Origin: a virus
Taxonomy: Duplodnaviria > Caudoviricetes
DNA: 55,574 bases
Direction: 5' to 3' (one strand)
Virus record (IMG/VR): IMGVR_UViG_3300002053_000020
Coordinates: 1 to 55,574 of that record
This document shows, one piece after another, positions 52,566 to 55,574 of this stretch. A program made the position numbers and the translations under genes. The notes below the pieces were generated by a model that saw only the letters and a program-made list of their open reading frames with translations, ran no database searches and was not told where the DNA came from. The stretch's first letter is position 1. Every line of letters starts with the position of its first letter.

Positions 52566-52913
52566 ATGAAAAAGATACTGGTTGCAGCACTGATGGCGCT
52601 TAGCGCATTTGCTTGGGCACATGAATGCCCCGAGTGTGATGACCCCGGTAGGACGCACTACCACGCAATGTTCTTTGCGAACAACGTGGGCGGCTTAACC
52701 GTTATCACTAGCGACACAAAGCATTGTGGTGATCACCAAATGTTTGATGGCTATGCTTACGGAACGGACGGGGCTGACTTCGTCCGGTTCTGTTGGGTTC
52801 CAAGGGGAAACGCTGTTATGGTTCAGTTCCCCGGACAGCCCACAGGCATCTGGCCTTTCTCGGCATTCGAGCCGATGTATGAACAGCCTGACATTTCTAA
52901 ATTTGAAAAGTAA
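52566..52913 (+). CDS. Secreted protein inserted in the head module
   Basis: MKKILVAALMALSAFAWA signal peptide; N..GG...I.....C...Y......CW pattern. Confidence 0.65.
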   Translation: MKKILVAALMALSAFAWAHECPECDDPGRTHYHAMFFANNVGGLTVITSDTKHCGDHQMFDGYAYGTDGADFVRFCWVPRGNAVMVQFPGQPTGIWPFSAFEPMYEQPDISKFEK

Positions 52914-52922
52914 GGAGCAGTA

Positions 52923-53105
52923 ATGGCTAAGAAGGAAAAGTGGATTCAAGACGCTATCAAGAAGCCGGGCGCTCTTCGTAAGCAACTAGGCGTGAAAGAG
53001 GGCGAGAAGATCCCTGAGAAAAAATTAGCCAAAGCTGCTAAGGCTCCGGGCAAGCTGGGTCAACGCGCTCGACTTGCCCAGACCTTGAAAGGTTTTAAGA
53101 AATGA
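52923..53105 (+). CDS. Small Lys-rich phage protein
   Basis: KWIQ.AIKKPGALR..LG..EGEKIP.KKL...G.RARLAQTL. Confidence 0.75.
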   Translation: MAKKEKWIQDAIKKPGALRKQLGVKEGEKIPEKKLAKAAKAPGKLGQRARLAQTLKGFKK

Positions 53106-53380
53106 AGAAAGACCCAAGGCTTGAAAGAGCTGGTGTTGAAGGGTACAACAAACCAAAGCGCACCCCCAATCATCCAACCAAGTCTCACGTTGTTGTTGCC
53201 AAGGAAGGCGATCAAGTGAAGACGATTAGGTTCGGGCAGCAAGGTGTGAGTGGCGCTGGGGCGAACCCTAAGACAGCTAGCGAGAAGGCAAGACAAAAGT
53301 CCTTCAAAGCTCGGCACGCTAAAGACATAGCCAAAGGGAAAATGTCGGCGGCGTATTGGGCAGACAAGGTTAAATGGTGA
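53102..53380 (+). CDS. Basic phage protein (DUF6321-like)
   Basis: NKPKRTP.HP.KSHVV....K.IRFGQQG...SF.ARH...SAAYWA.KVKW. Confidence 0.7.
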   Translation: MKKDPRLERAGVEGYNKPKRTPNHPTKSHVVVAKEGDQVKTIRFGQQGVSGAGANPKTASEKARQKSFKARHAKDIAKGKMSAAYWADKVKW

Positions 53381-53388
53381 GGAAATAA

Positions 53389-53724
53389 ATGGCACACACT
53401 TTCCAAATGGTAGTCGATGATGTCCGCGTCACACTGAATGACGAAGACGGAGTGCGATATACCGACCCTCAGTTGATGGGGTACTGCAACGATGGGGTTC
53501 AGGAAATGTGGCGCATCCGTCCTGACCTTCGTCTTGGTATGGGGTGGATGAATGGTTATACGGAATACGAACTGCCTGATGAAGTTCCATTACCACACAA
53601 TGTTTCCCATTTGCTATCCTACTATGTAGTGTTCCGGGCTGAGTTGCGGGATGATGAATATTCCGAAGGTACTCGTGCCTCCAACCTACGCGCACTGTGG
53701 GAGAAGGAGCTTAAGCGAGGATGA
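53389..53724 (+). CDS. Head-tail adaptor-like protein
   Basis: L.D....RY.D..L..Y.NDG......RPD. Confidence 0.65.
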   Translation: MAHTFQMVVDDVRVTLNDEDGVRYTDPQLMGYCNDGVQEMWRIRPDLRLGMGWMNGYTEYELPDEVPLPHNVSHLLSYYVVFRAELRDDEYSEGTRASNLRALWEKELKRG

Positions 53725-54371
53725 AAAACCACACCGACTTCCTAGACTATGTGATGCCGCAAGTCCCGGGGGCGAATCCAGATATGGCACTTCTCGAAGT
53801 CAAGAACACTATCATTGATTTCTGCGAGAAGTCTTTCATCCTACAGGAAACGCTAGACCCGGTCACAGCTATTGATGGATTGGCAGACTACGACCTAGAA
53901 CCTCCAAGCAATCGCAGGGTTACAAAGATCCTGAAGGCTTGGTACAAAGGGCGAGAGCTTGTGCCAGTGTCTTTCGACGAAATCAATACACCAGCGGCTT
54001 ACAACCCCAATGCACCAGAAGCACCCGTCCGCAGGGAAGATCCAAGAAATGTCTTCCAGAAGGGCCCGGATGTGTTCAGTGTGTATCCAATTCCAAATGA
54101 AACTGTAGCCAACGCAATGACGCTGGTTGTTGCGCTCAAGCCTACTCGTAGTGTGGACACCATTGATGATGTCATCTTCGAGGACTATGCTGAGATCATC
54201 GGCCACGGAACAATTGCTAGAATGGCAATCTCTCCAACCAAGCCGTACTACGATCCCAAGCTGGCTGTTGCGCGTGAAGCTTTGTACCGCGCTGGCTTGA
54301 ATGTAGCTCGCGATCGCGCACTGAAGAACTATGTGCGGGTCAGCAAGCATGTGAAAATTCGGAGAATCTAA
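53721..54371 (+). CDS. Tail tubular protein A / adaptor
   Basis: V.P.VPG.......DFCE.S, YPIP and LKPTR motifs; position in the tail module. Confidence 0.7.
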   Translation: MKNHTDFLDYVMPQVPGANPDMALLEVKNTIIDFCEKSFILQETLDPVTAIDGLADYDLEPPSNRRVTKILKAWYKGRELVPVSFDEINTPAAYNPNAPEAPVRREDPRNVFQKGPDVFSVYPIPNETVANAMTLVVALKPTRSVDTIDDVIFEDYAEIIGHGTIARMAISPTKPYYDPKLAVAREALYRAGLNVARDRALKNYVRVSKHVKIRRI

Positions 54372-54703
54372 TGACGGACAAGATCAAGCTAGTGCAAGGA
54401 GATACTAAGCCGACCTTGGTCTGCACTCTGAGTGACGAGACTACCGGAGATGCAATCAACATCACTGGCGCTACCGTCCTTCTGAAGTTCCGACAGGTAG
54501 GCTCCACCACCCTGACAGCTACGATTACTGGTGTAGTAACCAACGGCGCTGCCGGCATCGTTGCTTTCTACTGGACTAGCCAGCCTACTGCGCTGGATGG
54601 CCCACCCGGTGAGTACGAGGGTGAGATTGAAATTACGTTCAGCGACGGTTCGATTCAGACTGTCTACGATCTACTAAAGTTCAAACTACGTTCGGAGTTC
54701 TAA
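54371..54703 (+). CDS. BppU-N-like Ig-fold tail protein
   Basis: IKLVQGDT.P....L.D...G.AINITGA...G.YEGEIEITF.DG.IQT. Confidence 0.7.
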   Translation: MTDKIKLVQGDTKPTLVCTLSDETTGDAINITGATVLLKFRQVGSTTLTATITGVVTNGAAGIVAFYWTSQPTALDGPPGEYEGEIEITFSDGSIQTVYDLLKFKLRSEF

Positions 54704-54704
54704 G

Positions 54705-55574
54705 ATGGGAGCGACGGTATCTTCCGTCCTCGCCTCAGCCATAGTCTCAGAAGTAAGGGTAGCAAGCAGTATTAGTGTCCAAGCGGTGAATGTAGTCATC
54801 GAACGGGCACAGGCTTCGGCCTCTCTGTTTGCTGCTGTCGGAACCGCAACGGTATCAATAGAGTTACCGCAAACGGCGATTCAAGCTGCTTTGATAGAAG
54901 CCACATCCTATCTCGACGAGGCTGGATGGTATAAGCTCTACCAAGACGTAGTATCGGCAAACGATAGCATCTCCCTTTCTATAGAAAAACTAAGGGTTGA
55001 TTCTTTCTCTAGTAACGATGCGGCGGCTAAAGCTGTTGAGAAACCATTTAGTGATTCCTATGGAGTTACTGATGTTATCGTAGTAACAATTGTTATACTA
55101 CGAAGCTTCTCTGATAGCGTTGCGATATCTGATGCCAACATCATTGATGTAGATAAATTACTATCTGATGCGGTTGTTGCTACTGAGAGTTTGGCTAAGG
55201 ACGTGGGCAAATCAATGTCCGACGCGTCCGTACTCAATGATAAGTTATCAAAGAGTATAGCCAAGCCTGCGTCAGACACATTTGCTGTTAGTGATAGTGA
55301 GAGACGAAACGTATCCAAGTTGGTTGTTGACACAATAACAACATCCGACTCTGCTACGAAAAATGTATCCAAGCAAATACAGGATACGTCAACTATCTCT
55401 GATGCATCTGTAAAAGATATGGCAAAGGCTTTGACTGAAGGCTTTGTTTCATCAGATGTATTCACTAGGTTAGTACAATTCAATCGTAGCTTCAATGATA
55501 CGAGCATCGTAACTGAGGCACTGAGTAAGCAGTTCAGTAGACCTCTGGCAGACTCGGCAACAATAACGGATGCC
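54705..55574 (+). CDS. Tail/virion protein with ~18-aa periodic repeats (partial, runs off the window; not in the ORF track)
   Basis: Open frame from ATG 54705 to the end; about 11 repeats of K-x3-D-x5-D (e.g. AKPASDTFAVSDSERRNV, SKLVVDTITTSDSATKNV). Confidence 0.8.
   Translation, partial: MGATVSSVLASAIVSEVRVASSISVQAVNVVIERAQASASLFAAVGTATVSIELPQTAIQAALIEATSYLDEAGWYKLYQDVVSANDSISLSIEKLRVDSFSSNDAAAKAVEKPFSDSYGVTDVIVVTIVILRSFSDSVAISDANIIDVDKLLSDAVVATESLAKDVGKSMSDASVLNDKLSKSIAKPASDTFAVSDSERRNVSKLVVDTITTSDSATKNVSKQIQDTSTISDASVKDMAKALTEGFVSSDVFTRLVQFNRSFNDTSIVTEALSKQFSRPLADSATITDA

Noticed and set aside
1-55574. CRISPR array, diversity-generating retroelement or retron
   Set aside because: No regularly spaced repeat-spacer array, no reverse transcriptase motifs and no TR/VR pair seen. 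The Cas4-like nuclease sits in a recombination module.
1-55574. Stop-codon reassignment
   Set aside because: Long genes are intact in the standard code, all three stops are used, and none of the five tRNAs has a suppressor anticodon.

Overview
The window is an almost complete, circularly permuted genome (~55.6 kb) of a tailed dsDNA phage with podovirus-type architecture. The host is probably Gram-negative, inferred from the Rz/Rz1 spanins. Order on the + strand: tail and fibre genes; a cassette of cupin/2OG-Fe(II)-oxygenase-like genes; lysis genes (holin, Rz/Rz1, M15 endolysin); a phosphoesterase; a tail nozzle; a GNAT; and three ejection proteins including a 3009-aa polyvalent protein (to 20.7 kb). 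A leftward middle block follows (MazG, DUF3310, NrdR-type Zn ribbon, excisionase-like HTH, Cas4-like exonuclease, tRNA-Tyr, ERF). Next come an AT-rich putative origin and a rightward Twinkle/T7 gp4-like primase-helicase and nuclease block. Then a leftward early block (class II glutamine amidotransferase, amidoligase, many small or membrane ORFs), and finally a tRNA cluster and the head module (TerS, TerL, portal, scaffold, P22-like major capsid, adaptors). I recognise no DNA polymerase, integrase, CI repressor, reverse transcriptase or CRISPR array. The most notable observations are: two unexplained 250-300 nt highly base-paired non-coding RNAs directly abutting tRNA genes; atypical tRNAs; a 14-bp tandem duplication splitting the major capsid gene; a shared (M/A)A(D/N)GG peptide motif in several head and ejection proteins; a repeated early-gene leader hairpin; and an amidoligase/amidotransferase pair next to an envelope-protein cassette. 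All family assignments come from recognising motifs by eye, not from database searches.
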